Positions 1 to 8,365 of a DNA stretch of 40,000 nucleotides are shown in pieces. The notes under the pieces were generated by a model. That model had not been told where the DNA came from, made no database searches, and saw nothing but the letters and a program-made list of their open reading frames with translations. The DNA comes from Nostoc sp. 'Peltigera membranacea cyanobiont' N6. Lineage in GTDB: Bacteria > Cyanobacteriota > Cyanobacteriia > Cyanobacteriales > Nostocaceae. Both the position numbers and the translations under genes were made by a program. The stretch's first letter is position 1. Each line of letters begins with the position of its first letter. The DNA lies in NCBI RefSeq assembly GCF_002949735.1, contig NZ_CP026681.1, forward strand, positions 5,660,771 to 5,700,770. Direction: 5' to 3'.

Positions 1-51
1 CAAATGAGCGTAGGGAAAGAGGACGCGAATTAGCTAAAAGCAAATACAGAT

Positions 52-837
52 ATGAGTAATTCTCACACTGAAGAACTCGATTTAGACGATGAATTTTTGG
101 ATTCAGTTGCTGCTAGAGGCAAAGGACTGAGCCAAATTCCTTACCCAACTTTATTAGATTTAGCGATTCGAGGTAAAGATGATTCATTTAAAGCTAGGGT
201 TTGGGAAATTGTAGTCCAAACCGGACTTGACCCTGATGACCCAGCATTTCTGATGATGATTGCTACTGGCAGGCTACAAGTGCTGTTGGAAGACAATCCC
301 AAAGAAATGGAAGCAATGTTTGACCTGTGGCAAACGCAGCTTTATGACCATCTCCAGACATATGAAAAGGCAGCAGTAAAAGGTCAGCAAAAAGCGATCG
401 CTCAGGCTGTGACAGGATTAATTAGGCGTACTGAATTTGAGCGTGCTATTCATTCAGTTCCTTCTCTAATTGCTGCGGGAATACTGCTATTAATTGCAGC
501 TGGAGTGGGTGGACTGGTAAGTGTAGGCGGAATGTCTTGGTATCAATCCAGTCATCTAGATCCTGCTGGGCCACGCCAACTCACACAAGCCCAAGCCAAT
601 GCTTTGGAATGGGCAACCAGTAATGAAGGTAAGTTTGCTCACAACCTAATGCAATGGAATCAAGATTTGCTGAGTCGTGACCAAAACGGTCAACTTACTT
701 GTGCTAAGGATGTCAAGCGTTTGGGGGTAACACTGGAAATTGGAGCAAGTAGCAGAAAAGCCTCATCCGGGTTCTGCACGTTATGGACATCACCTGCTAA
801 TCAGCGCCAGTTTGTATCTAAACCGCGTCTACCTTGA
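52..837 (+). CDS. hypothetical protein, acidic N-terminus, one predicted membrane segment
   Basis: Long ORF with an ATG start. It has one hydrophobic stretch (VPSLIAAGILLLIAAGVGGLVSVGG). No catalytic motif recognised. Confidence 0.45.
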   Translation: MSNSHTEELDLDDEFLDSVAARGKGLSQIPYPTLLDLAIRGKDDSFKARVWEIVVQTGLDPDDPAFLMMIATGRLQVLLEDNPKEMEAMFDLWQTQLYDHLQTYEKAAVKGQQKAIAQAVTGLIRRTEFERAIHSVPSLIAAGILLLIAAGVGGLVSVGGMSWYQSSHLDPAGPRQLTQAQANALEWATSNEGKFAHNLMQWNQDLLSRDQNGQLTCAKDVKRLGVTLEIGASSRKASSGFCTLWTSPANQRQFVSKPRLP

Positions 838-989
838 AAACCATAGTTTTTTGGAATTAGAGTAAAGCTCAGAACTCAAGCGACGAACGAATAATACACT
901 CTCCTTAAAAACTCCAGGTTTCAAAATGGACGGGATTTAAGTTAAAAAATTAGTTGTCAATTTCTCAATCGTAGAAGAGGATTCAGCAG

Positions 990-1529
990 ATGTTTACCTG
1001 CAAAGTTAACTGGCTTTGGCTGCTGGTAATAGGAGGTATAGTTACAGCTTGTACCCCTACTACTGTAAATGTCAGTGGCAAGGATGAGAGGAATACGACT
1101 CAAGCTCAAACTGTGCCTGATTATCCGCCGATGTATGATGTGGATGTTAAAGTTTGTGGCAACATCATTGCCCCGCTAAAAGATGGAAAACGTTGTGTAA
1201 ATCAACAATTGCGTTTGTGGGGCCCAGTAGGAGAGGCAAAATTAGTTCGTGCTGGTATTTCTCTGCCATCAGTTTCTAGCGTAGAACATAAATTAGCGAT
1301 CGCCTCAAAAGGCTGTTATCCTGTTTATTCCCAACCTAACCAGCAGCAGTTTTATTGGGCTAATTCCATTATTCAAGTCAACAGGGGAGGAACTGCACCC
1401 ACAGTCGAAGTCAAGCCAACTCAACTTTCAAACCAGCAGATTGATGAGTTAATGACTAGTAAACTTTCCAGTCGGACAATTACAACATTTGGTGGGGTGG
1501 GATGCGAAGCTGCATCTTCGGTAAAATAA
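990..1529 (+). CDS. putative secreted protein or lipoprotein
   Basis: The N-terminal hydrophobic signal-like segment WLWLLVIGGIVTAC ends in a lipobox-like Cys. The rest of the protein is hydrophilic. Confidence 0.45.
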   Translation: MFTCKVNWLWLLVIGGIVTACTPTTVNVSGKDERNTTQAQTVPDYPPMYDVDVKVCGNIIAPLKDGKRCVNQQLRLWGPVGEAKLVRAGISLPSVSSVEHKLAIASKGCYPVYSQPNQQQFYWANSIIQVNRGGTAPTVEVKPTQLSNQQIDELMTSKLSSRTITTFGGVGCEAASSVK

Positions 1530-1566
1530 AGCTTTTACGGTTGAGGGTGGGTGGGCAAAAAAGTTA

Positions 1567-1584
1567 CCCCACTAAAATGTGGGG
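1567..1584. terminator. short hairpin between convergent genes (ccccac-taaaat-gtgggg)
   Basis: Perfect 6-bp stem with a 6-nt loop, between the stop at 1529 (+) and the stop at 1608 (-). There is no clear U-tract, so terminator function is uncertain. Confidence 0.3.
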
Positions 1585-1607
1585 CTACCGTGAGAGCCAG
1601 CAGATAA

Positions 1608-1931
1608 TTATGAAGCTTCAGCCCATCTAGCTGTACGTTGTTGTTTATGAGCTTTGCGCCGCTCCCGTACTGCATCCAAATCTTTCAGTCCATACAGACG
1701 TTTGGCGTATGCTAGTAGTTCATTGATGGGAGTTTCGCTATAATCCTGGCGAAACTGAATGTTATGTTCGTTCCAATCAAACTCTTGCTGATTAAAACGT
1801 GCTTGAGCAGCAAGTTCTCTGCCTGATTCCTCACGTAAAACTTCCAGTACCATTAATCGCACTTTATCCTGATAACCTATTACTTGATCCAACGCTTTTG
1901 TTTGTTGCTGATTACGAGTCATCTGAGTCAT
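1608..1931 (-). CDS. small conserved protein, paralogue A of a local two-member family
   Basis: About 70% identical over ~85 aa to ORF 2117..2548 (shared YQxKVxLMVxEVLREESGRELAAxARFNxQEFDWxxHNxQFRxDY...LYGL...RxRR). A conserved palindrome lies upstream. Confidence 0.6.
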   Translation of the reverse strand: MTQMTRNQQQTKALDQVIGYQDKVRLMVLEVLREESGRELAAQARFNQQEFDWNEHNIQFRQDYSETPINELLAYAKRLYGLKDLDAVRERRKAHKQQRTARWAEAS

Positions 1932-2116
1932 TTGATTATCCTTTGATTAACGAATTAATACATCTCACCTAGACAGCATCGACAGATGCCTTCTGAGTTA
2001 GAGTTCACTTTTAAATCTCTTGAATTCAGCAGCAATCGCTGCCTTCAATTCTGTTTATTGAATGCGGGTGGATGGGAAATAGAATGCCCAGAATTAGATA
2101 ATTCAGGGCATCATAA

Positions 2117-2548
2117 TTAATCGTCAATTTCTATATCTTCGTCATCTTCATCTTGGTCAAAATCGTCATTTATCGAGTCATCAGAGTTATTACTCAAACT
2201 ATTGAGTCCGTCCATGCGTTTAGACCGAGCAGCTTTATGAGAAGCACGTCTATCTCGAATTTCATCAAGATTATTCAAGCCGTAAAGTTTGCGGGCATAA
2301 TTCACCAGTTCTTTTAATGGTGTATTTACATAGTCCTTACGGAATTGGGAATTGTGTTTGTCCCAATCAAACTCTTGTCCGTTAAATCTGGCTGCTGCTG
2401 CTAATTCTCTTCCTGATTCTTCCCGCAATACTTCAATTACCATCAGGTGTACTTTTTCCTGATAAGTCATTACTCGTTCTAAAGCAGGAATATGCCTTTC
2501 AATTTTACGTGATGCTTTAGCCGTTTTGCGAACGTTAGCGTTAACCAT
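2117..2548 (-). CDS. small conserved protein, paralogue B, with acidic C-terminal tail
   Basis: Paralogue of ORF 1608..1931 with a C-terminal D/E-rich tail (DDSINDDFDQDEDDEDIEIDD). Confidence 0.6.
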   Translation of the reverse strand: MVNANVRKTAKASRKIERHIPALERVMTYQEKVHLMVIEVLREESGRELAAAARFNGQEFDWDKHNSQFRKDYVNTPLKELVNYARKLYGLNNLDEIRDRRASHKAARSKRMDGLNSLSNNSDDSINDDFDQDEDDEDIEIDD

Positions 2549-2720
2549 GAGAATTACTCCTCAATATTTAGTATTTTTCTCATATAAACAGCATCGAAAG
2601 ATGCAATTCTCTCCATTTTAAATTCTTTATTATGCAAAAAAATAACCTGTATTGTTTGAGGCAATACATGGTTATTTTGGGTTATTATTCTGTCAATTAC
2701 TGAGAATAAGTCAGAATTAT

Positions 2721-3347
2721 TTACTCGTCTTCATCTTCTTCATCTAATTCGTCATCTTCATCTAAATCTTCGTCGAGTTCATCTTCGATATCCTCCTCAT
2801 CTTCATCCAGGTCTTCGTCTAGTTCGTCATCTAAATCGTCAAGTTCTTCCTCTTCTTGTTCTTGGAAAGAATTACGACGTTCCAGAGATGCGCGGTTGAA
2901 TTCCACTAAATCTGCTATTGCTTGCTCTGGGTCAGTGCTGATAGTGTCGTACAGCATACTCATGAAAATTGCTACTACTTCTGGTGCATATTTGAGTGCA
3001 TCTGGTTGTCCAAACAATTTAGTAAATAATTTGGTATTCCATTTTTGCCAATCAAACTTTTTGTTACCACCTTTCTTTTTCACCTGAGCAGCAATATCAA
3101 GTCCGAGTTTTTCACGGGCTGCATGACCGATTTTTGTGGAAACACGGGAATCGCGTAGTTGTAATTTAACGCCGTATTCCTTGAAGATTAGGTTCCGCAA
3201 TTCCTTCAACAATGCTAATGCCTCTTCTTGTGGTGAAGCATTCGCTACTTTTGATTTAGTTGTAGCGGATGTGCCATTGGTTTTGGCAGATGTTTTAGCA
3301 TTAACTGCGTTGCGATTGTTATTGGTTCTAGCTTTAGCGATAGCCAT
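2721..3347 (-). CDS. hypothetical protein with basic N-terminus and ~45-aa poly-acidic C-terminal tail
   Basis: Long ORF with the tail EEEELDDLDDELDEDLDEDEEDIEDELDEDLDEDDELDEEDEDE. It shows only a weak FDWxKxN resemblance to the two neighbouring paralogues. Confidence 0.55.
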   Translation of the reverse strand: MAIAKARTNNNRNAVNAKTSAKTNGTSATTKSKVANASPQEEALALLKELRNLIFKEYGVKLQLRDSRVSTKIGHAAREKLGLDIAAQVKKKGGNKKFDWQKWNTKLFTKLFGQPDALKYAPEVVAIFMSMLYDTISTDPEQAIADLVEFNRASLERRNSFQEQEEEELDDLDDELDEDLDEDEEDIEDELDEDLDEDDELDEEDEDE

Positions 3348-3528
3348 TTTACAACTTCCTTTAATGAAGTAAATTTTTCACCTCCTTGCCGCAATCGCGG
3401 CTTTCACATCCATTTCATTTCAATTTCATTTTTTTGCGATTTCAAACCTGTCTTTGCTGCGACAAATTTATGCTTTTAAGAGATAAAGAAGCGGATTAGG
3501 AGCAGTTTCCGAAATTAACACTGTACTG

Positions 3529-3562
3529 GAGGCGATGCCTGCGGCGGGCGTAGCCATCGCTC
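3529..3562. repeat. GC-rich short dispersed-repeat-like element
   Basis: ggaggcgatgcctgcggcgggcgtagccatcgctc is a GC-rich island in an AT-rich spacer. It has a gcgatg/catcgc stem. It resembles cyanobacterial intergenic repeat families. Confidence 0.35.
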
Positions 3563-3673
3563 TTTTTCACACAAGAAATATAGCCAACCCGTTAGTAGTA
3601 ATTATCCGTCTGGCTAAAGCATCAGTAATAAATTTGCTCTACAAGGGGAAAGTAAGTTGTTGAAGTCAGATTT

Positions 3674-5308
3674 ATGAAGTTGACAGACTGGCCTGCTCTA
3701 GCTAACCAAAATACTCCAATTGTGGCTGTGGAGTATCATACGCCTGACAGAATGCAAATACTACAGCAGTTTTACCATTGGGGTGAAGAACGGTCTTTGT
3801 CAGTCTTTGTCTGGAATCCTGGCTACTGTGGACTACAGCAATTAATTCAGCATCAAGGTCAGTACATCTTACAGTCAACTGACAGGGGTAAAGACGGGGA
3901 CATTATTCAGTATCTTCTGGAGGAATATCAATCGGGTATTTATTTACTGGAGGGAGTGCTAAATGAGGGTGATGGTAGCAAAATAAGTCAAAAATGTAGC
4001 TATCAATTACTCAATGCCTGTCATCAAGCTCTCTGGAGTCAACAACGTCATTACTGGGTGTTATTGGAAACTTACATTCAACTACCTCTAGGATTACAGC
4101 CTTTTATTCCTGTGCTATCAAATCCACTTCCAGACCAACAGCAGGTGCAGATAGTTGTGGAGCAGTTTTGTGATACCTGGGTTGGGCGTAGTCATCCCTG
4201 GCTTGAGCAGTTTGCGGAGTGCGATCGCGATTACCTCGCCGTAACGGATCGCAATTCTTGGTTAAAGACAACAGAAAAAACATCAGCACTGCAATTGCTC
4301 TTTCTTGCCTGTCAGGGTTTACCCATAGGCGAGATCAATATGCTACTACAGCAATGTCTGGGTTTTGCAGAGCAGCTTGAGGAAATCTCCCAATTAGTGC
4401 TAGAGCATAAAGTTAGCAAACTGCGGGGTCGGGGTTTAGAGTACATTGCTCAACCGGATGTACCTTCAGCCGGGGGATTAGATTTACTGGAGAAAAGGTT
4501 GGAAACTATTACCTGTCTACTTCAACCTAAAGCAAAGCAATATGGATTAAAGTTTCCCACTGGGATGCTCTTATGGGGGCCACCGGGTACTGGTAAAAGT
4601 CTTTCTGCCAAGTTAGCAGCTAAGAAAATGGGATTGCCACTGTTAGCAGCTAATTGGGGTGTACTACTGGGCGATCCTCATCCCGACAGAGCATTAAAGG
4701 AGTTTATTGCTTTGGTAACTTCCCTTTCTCCCTGCGTACTTTATTGGGATGACTTTGATAAAGGCTTTGCTGGCTGGGATTCCAATGCAGATGGAGGTGT
4801 AGCACGGCGGCTATCTGCGGCTTTGTTGACTTGGATGCAAGAGCATCAAGAGCCAGTTTATACCATTGCTACTGTCAATCGCTTGTCAATGCTACCTGCG
4901 GAATTAGTTCGCCGTTTTGATGATATCTTTTTTGTGGACTTACCCCATGAAGGGGCAAGATATGAAATTTTCAATCTACATCTAGCTAAGTATTTTCCAG
5001 CGTTTCGAGACAATAACTCACCTTGGAGCGATGAGCAATGGCGTAGACTGTTGGCTGAATATCGCATTTGCAGTCCGGCAGAAATTGGTAATGCAGTCCG
5101 TCGTTGTGCTGAGTCGGCTTTTTATCAAGATAGACCTGGGGAAATTGAGTTTGAGGATTTGCTGAAACAGCGACAAGAATTCACACCAGCTATGGAGCGA
5201 GAGTCAGAACAGATACAGGCAATTCGCAATCAGGCTATTTATGCTAAACCTGTAGCTAGTCTGGATGTTTCTCGATTTGCTTATCAGCATCGGGAGTTAT
5301 TTGGGTGA
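3674..5308 (+). CDS. AAA+ family ATPase with ~290-aa N-terminal domain of unknown function
   Basis: Walker A LLWGPPGTGKSLSAK, Walker B VLYWDDFDK, sensor-1-like ATVNR, and RRFD in the second region of homology. Confidence 0.8.
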   Translation: MKLTDWPALANQNTPIVAVEYHTPDRMQILQQFYHWGEERSLSVFVWNPGYCGLQQLIQHQGQYILQSTDRGKDGDIIQYLLEEYQSGIYLLEGVLNEGDGSKISQKCSYQLLNACHQALWSQQRHYWVLLETYIQLPLGLQPFIPVLSNPLPDQQQVQIVVEQFCDTWVGRSHPWLEQFAECDRDYLAVTDRNSWLKTTEKTSALQLLFLACQGLPIGEINMLLQQCLGFAEQLEEISQLVLEHKVSKLRGRGLEYIAQPDVPSAGGLDLLEKRLETITCLLQPKAKQYGLKFPTGMLLWGPPGTGKSLSAKLAAKKMGLPLLAANWGVLLGDPHPDRALKEFIALVTSLSPCVLYWDDFDKGFAGWDSNADGGVARRLSAALLTWMQEHQEPVYTIATVNRLSMLPAELVRRFDDIFFVDLPHEGARYEIFNLHLAKYFPAFRDNNSPWSDEQWRRLLAEYRICSPAEIGNAVRRCAESAFYQDRPGEIEFEDLLKQRQEFTPAMERESEQIQAIRNQAIYAKPVASLDVSRFAYQHRELFG

Positions 5309-5358
5309 GTCGAATGTAATTTTTGAAATTCAGCTTGTGTTGGATTTTAACCCACATT

Positions 5359-5382
5359 CCGCAGGTGCGATCGCACCTGCGG
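5359..5382. repeat. perfect 24-bp palindrome centred on a HIP1 octamer
   Basis: ccgcaggtgcgatcgcacctgcgg equals its own reverse complement. It lies 51 nt after the AAA+ stop and could act as a terminator hairpin, though no U-tract follows. Confidence 0.85.
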
Positions 5383-5504
5383 AGGGTGATTCTGTAGTAG
5401 CACCCGTCGAGAAAGCGAATGTTTTGGCAATGCTTTATGAGGTGACGAGTTTAAAAGATGTCCACAAGCTGGCATCAGATGAAGATGTACAAAAATGGCA
5501 AAGT

Positions 5505-5588
5505 GCGACGCCGATAGCGTTCGCGTAGCGTCTCGTAGAGAAGCGGTAGCGAGTCATCGAGCGTCATAGCCCGTCGTAGATATCGCTC
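5505..5588. repeat. GC-rich short dispersed-repeat-like element
   Basis: gcgacgccgatagcgttcgcgtagcgtctcgtagagaagcggtagcgagtcatcgagcgtcatagcccgtcgtagatatcgc has reiterated CGTAG cores. Its composition is unlike the flanking DNA. Confidence 0.4.
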
Positions 5589-5832
5589 AATACATTGTTC
5601 ATTTTGAAGATGAGATTTCTTTAACTAAACTCCAAGGTGGATTAAAAATGCCGATGTAGAAGTATGGTTGGGATTATTGCTGGGTGGTTTACATTATAAC
5701 AACGTGGTGATTTTTATCACAACCAAAATGTCTGGGTGAAAAGCTCAGAAACTACGACTGGTGACATCGTTGGGCGCTGACTCTAAGACTACAGCACGAG
5801 CTGACCAACCTCACGGAAGCCATATTTTTCCT

Positions 5833-6123
5833 TTACAAATCAAAATCAAGGCTGAAGGTTTGGTCATCAGAATCCTCTGGTTTAGAGTCTGTAGATGGCT
5901 CTTTAATCGGCTGAATAAGTTGGTTTGACTCAGTATTAATCGGCGTAAAAGCTACTTTTTGTGCTGGTAATCCACCCTTTATGAAAACAAAATAACAATC
6001 AATGATAAAGTAAAGCGTCTCCAGGTAACTTTTACCTAGTTGTTGGGACTCTGCAAATATGCGTTCTCGGTAGTTATCTTTGAGCCGAATTTTTACCGGA
6101 GCTAAGTCTTGTTTATCTGTCAT
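5833..6123 (-). CDS. putative ParR-like centromere-binding adaptor (ribbon-helix-helix-like N-terminus)
   Basis: Starts 10 nt downstream of the actin-like ATPase gene on the same strand. The N-terminus VKIRLKDNYRERIFAESQQLG fits a beta-strand-helix RHH pattern, and the tail is acidic. Confidence 0.4.
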   Translation of the reverse strand: MTDKQDLAPVKIRLKDNYRERIFAESQQLGKSYLETLYFIIDCYFVFIKGGLPAQKVAFTPINTESNQLIQPIKEPSTDSKPEDSDDQTFSLDFDL

Positions 6124-6133
6124 TGTTATAACT

Positions 6134-7102
6134 TCACTTAAGAGATGTGTTTGGTGAATTCTTGCTAATAATGGTTTTTGCCATTTCTAGAAGCCCAAAG
6201 ACATTAGCTTCCACTGGATTATCCAGTATTTTGAAGCCATTCTTTTCTAACAACTTTTTAAATCCAGGTAAGAGGCAGCCTCCACCTATCGCCCAGATTT
6301 CGTCCCCTTGGTGCTTGGCATCAAGTGTCAGATTCACCACTTTCTTCAAGTATTTTTCATACCAATCTTTCAAACAAGCACTGTATATATCTTTGATATC
6401 GATGTCACGGCTGTACTTGGTATGTCCCATTTCCAGACAAAATCGGATTTTGGAGGCATCCCCGATTTTTCCGCCATTTAAATGTTTCATTTTTTGGGAG
6501 ATATCATCGATGAGAACTTCTACACCAATGGGGTAAGCGGTATGAACTTCTCGCTGACCTCGGTTATAACGAGAATACAAGGTCGTACCATTGCCAAAGT
6601 CTAAAATGGTTAATTTTTTTGGTAGTGGATGCCCAAACAATGCACCCATACCCTCTAGTACAACTTTCAGGACTTCGATCTTCACTTCTGATTGTTTGCC
6701 AGCAAGTATCGGCTGATATTCTCCATTGAGTACTTTTTGTAGTTCTGATGCCAGACCAACATCATGTAAGCTGACGACTAATTTTAAGTGCCAAGCCTTA
6801 CGGTATGGAAGATGTGCCAATGCACCAAATAAAGTCAACAACGCATTATTGACTTTGTTTTCATTGTTGTCTGTGTTCCGATCAAAATGATAACCTGTGC
6901 GGAAAGCTGATTCTCCGACTGTATAAGCACTACCGTTAAAAACTACCCGGACGGGTACATCTTCCATTTCGGCATTGGTTATATAGCTGGGGACACGAAC
7001 AACTTCAAAGCCATCGACTAAAAGTTTTAAGCTTCCGTAACCGTTATCAAAGCCAGCAGGAAAAATTTTTTGCAAGGCGTGAATGTTTGACATAGGGATC
7101 AA
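6134..7102 (-). CDS. actin-like plasmid segregation ATPase (ParM/Alp family)
   Basis: Actin-fold motifs in order: phosphate-1 FDNGYGSLKL, phosphate-2 ILDFGNGTT, adenosine motif WAIGGGCLL. Confidence 0.7.
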   Translation of the reverse strand: MIPMSNIHALQKIFPAGFDNGYGSLKLLVDGFEVVRVPSYITNAEMEDVPVRVVFNGSAYTVGESAFRTGYHFDRNTDNNENKVNNALLTLFGALAHLPYRKAWHLKLVVSLHDVGLASELQKVLNGEYQPILAGKQSEVKIEVLKVVLEGMGALFGHPLPKKLTILDFGNGTTLYSRYNRGQREVHTAYPIGVEVLIDDISQKMKHLNGGKIGDASKIRFCLEMGHTKYSRDIDIKDIYSACLKDWYEKYLKKVVNLTLDAKHQGDEIWAIGGGCLLPGFKKLLEKNGFKILDNPVEANVFGLLEMAKTIISKNSPNTSLK

Positions 7103-7290
7103 GTCAATACGTTTTGATTTGTGAAAGTTATCTGTTCAGATTATCTAGGGGAGCAGGAAAGCAGGGGAGAGAAGAATAACTTGCTATGAGTCTTTCCCCA
7201 GAACTCTGCCCCTTCCTTCTCTAACCTCAAGAGCTTATCATAACCCCTTGGGGGCTAAGTGGGGTACATTTGCTTAGATGACACTTTGCA

Positions 7291-7392
7291 CCCCATATAG
7301 ACCCCATATAGCACCCATATAGGTGTCAAATTTTCATCAAAGTTCTAGTCTATTTTTGGGGTACATATAGCCCCCATATAGCCCCCATCAGC
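7291..7392. repeat. parC-like centromere: two clusters of three 11-bp iterons (CCCCATATAG-N)
   Basis: Cluster 1: ccccatatag-a, ccccatatag-c, acccatatag-g (7291-7323). Cluster 2: gtacatatag-c, ccccatatag-c, ccccatcagc (7361-7392). A ~38-bp AT-rich spacer separates them. The array lies ~190 bp upstream of the ParM-like start. Confidence 0.55.
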
Positions 7393-7702
7393 AATTTTTG
7401 AAATCTTTTCTATCAACGCAGTAGAAATTAACTTACAAAAAAATAGAGAAGAAGGAATAAAAAACTTTAGTTGTGGATCTAAGCCCGCTTAAAAAAATAT
7501 TTATTTCGAGACGCATAGCGCGAAATACAAAGCGTCCTTGCTTCAATCCCGCGTTTCAAAACGTTGGTTCCCTACACCCTCTAAAATGGTTGACTGTTTG
7601 ATTTATACTCTACTGTTAATGTCTTTGCTATTAAATTAGCTTCCCGCAAGATGTCTAGCCCTAGCTCTGATACAGTTGGAATTTATCGTAGATAAATTGT
7701 AG

Positions 7703-8014
7703 CTTTCCGAGGCTATTGCCAGAGTAAGAGATTGTCTACACAAGACTTGTAAGGTCAATGCAAAACTTGATAAGCAAAACGATTCTCAAGTGCAACAACT
7801 ACTAGAGCATTCCCCAACTAGGGCTGAACTAGCTGCCGAGGTAAATAAAACAGAAGCATAGTTAACCCAAATCCAAAAGCTTGGTCAACTGGCTAAACAA
7901 AAAATGATTACCGCCAACCTCCGATTAGTGGTTGCGGTAGCTAAAAAATGTCGCTGGAGTAACCTGGAATTTCTGGATCTGATTGAAGAGGGAGCAATAG
8001 GTTTGGTTTTATAA
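7703..8014 (+). pseudogene. truncated group-1/2 sigma-70 factor fragment (regions 1.2 to 2.2 only) with internal stop
   Basis: The frame reads ...[68 protein letters not shown]. This matches the sigma-70 signature KMxxANLRLVVSxAKKY...LDLIQEGxxGL. There is an in-frame TAG at 7859-7861. Similarity stops before regions 2.3-4. Confidence 0.7.
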
Positions 8015-8365
8015 AGAATCGCTGTTGTAGAAAACACTTCTCCCGTACACACTCTAATAGCAGTTTGCTCAAAGTTGGGGCATTGAACTTTATCTTGGAT
8101 GATTGAAGATCGTCCATTATATTCTTCAACTACAGGCTCACCCGTAAACTCACAAAGTATCTTCTCTTAGCAGTGTCAGCATTCAAATATAATTCGGCTC
8201 ACTGCTTTGTCGCAGTCTAGAAATCTCACATGCTGAAACCGTTCAGCTGATAATTCTGGTTTGACTCTGCGGGATTCAGGCGAAAGCCATTTGGGTAGTT
8301 TAGATAGGCACTCATAGATTACATGGACATCTCCGGCTCAGTAAACTAAGTCGGACGAGATAGTA

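Noticed and set aside
2896-3372. Plus-strand ORFs 2896..3087 and 3136..3372
   Set aside because: They are antisense shadows of ORF 2721..3347, with hydrophobic low-complexity translations typical of the reverse strand.
3376-3444. Six TTTCA pentamers (including three tandem ATTTCA) upstream of ORF 2721..3347
   Set aside because: These could be regulator sites. However, the motif is short and AT-rich in an AT-rich spacer, so chance or low-complexity occurrence cannot be excluded by eye.
5265-5528. ORF 5265..5528 (+, 87 aa)
   Set aside because: It runs through the HIP1 palindrome and into the GC-rich repeat element, and overlaps the AAA+ gene end. Its composition is set by the repeats, so it is likely non-coding.
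6147-6536. ORF 6147..6536 (+, 129 aa)
   Set aside because: It is entirely antisense to the actin-like ATPase gene, which has clear motif support.
7150-7230. Purine-rich run (ggggagcaggaaagcaggggagagaag) facing a pyrimidine-rich run (ctttccccagaactctgccccttccttctc) between parM and the iterons, as a long hairpin
   Set aside because: When aligned as an inverted repeat the arms pair only patchily. I record it as compositional asymmetry, not a supported structure.
7941-8129. ORF 7941..8129 (-, 62 aa)
   Set aside because: It is antisense to, and overlaps, the sigma-70 pseudogene fragment within decayed DNA. No motif or RBS supports it.
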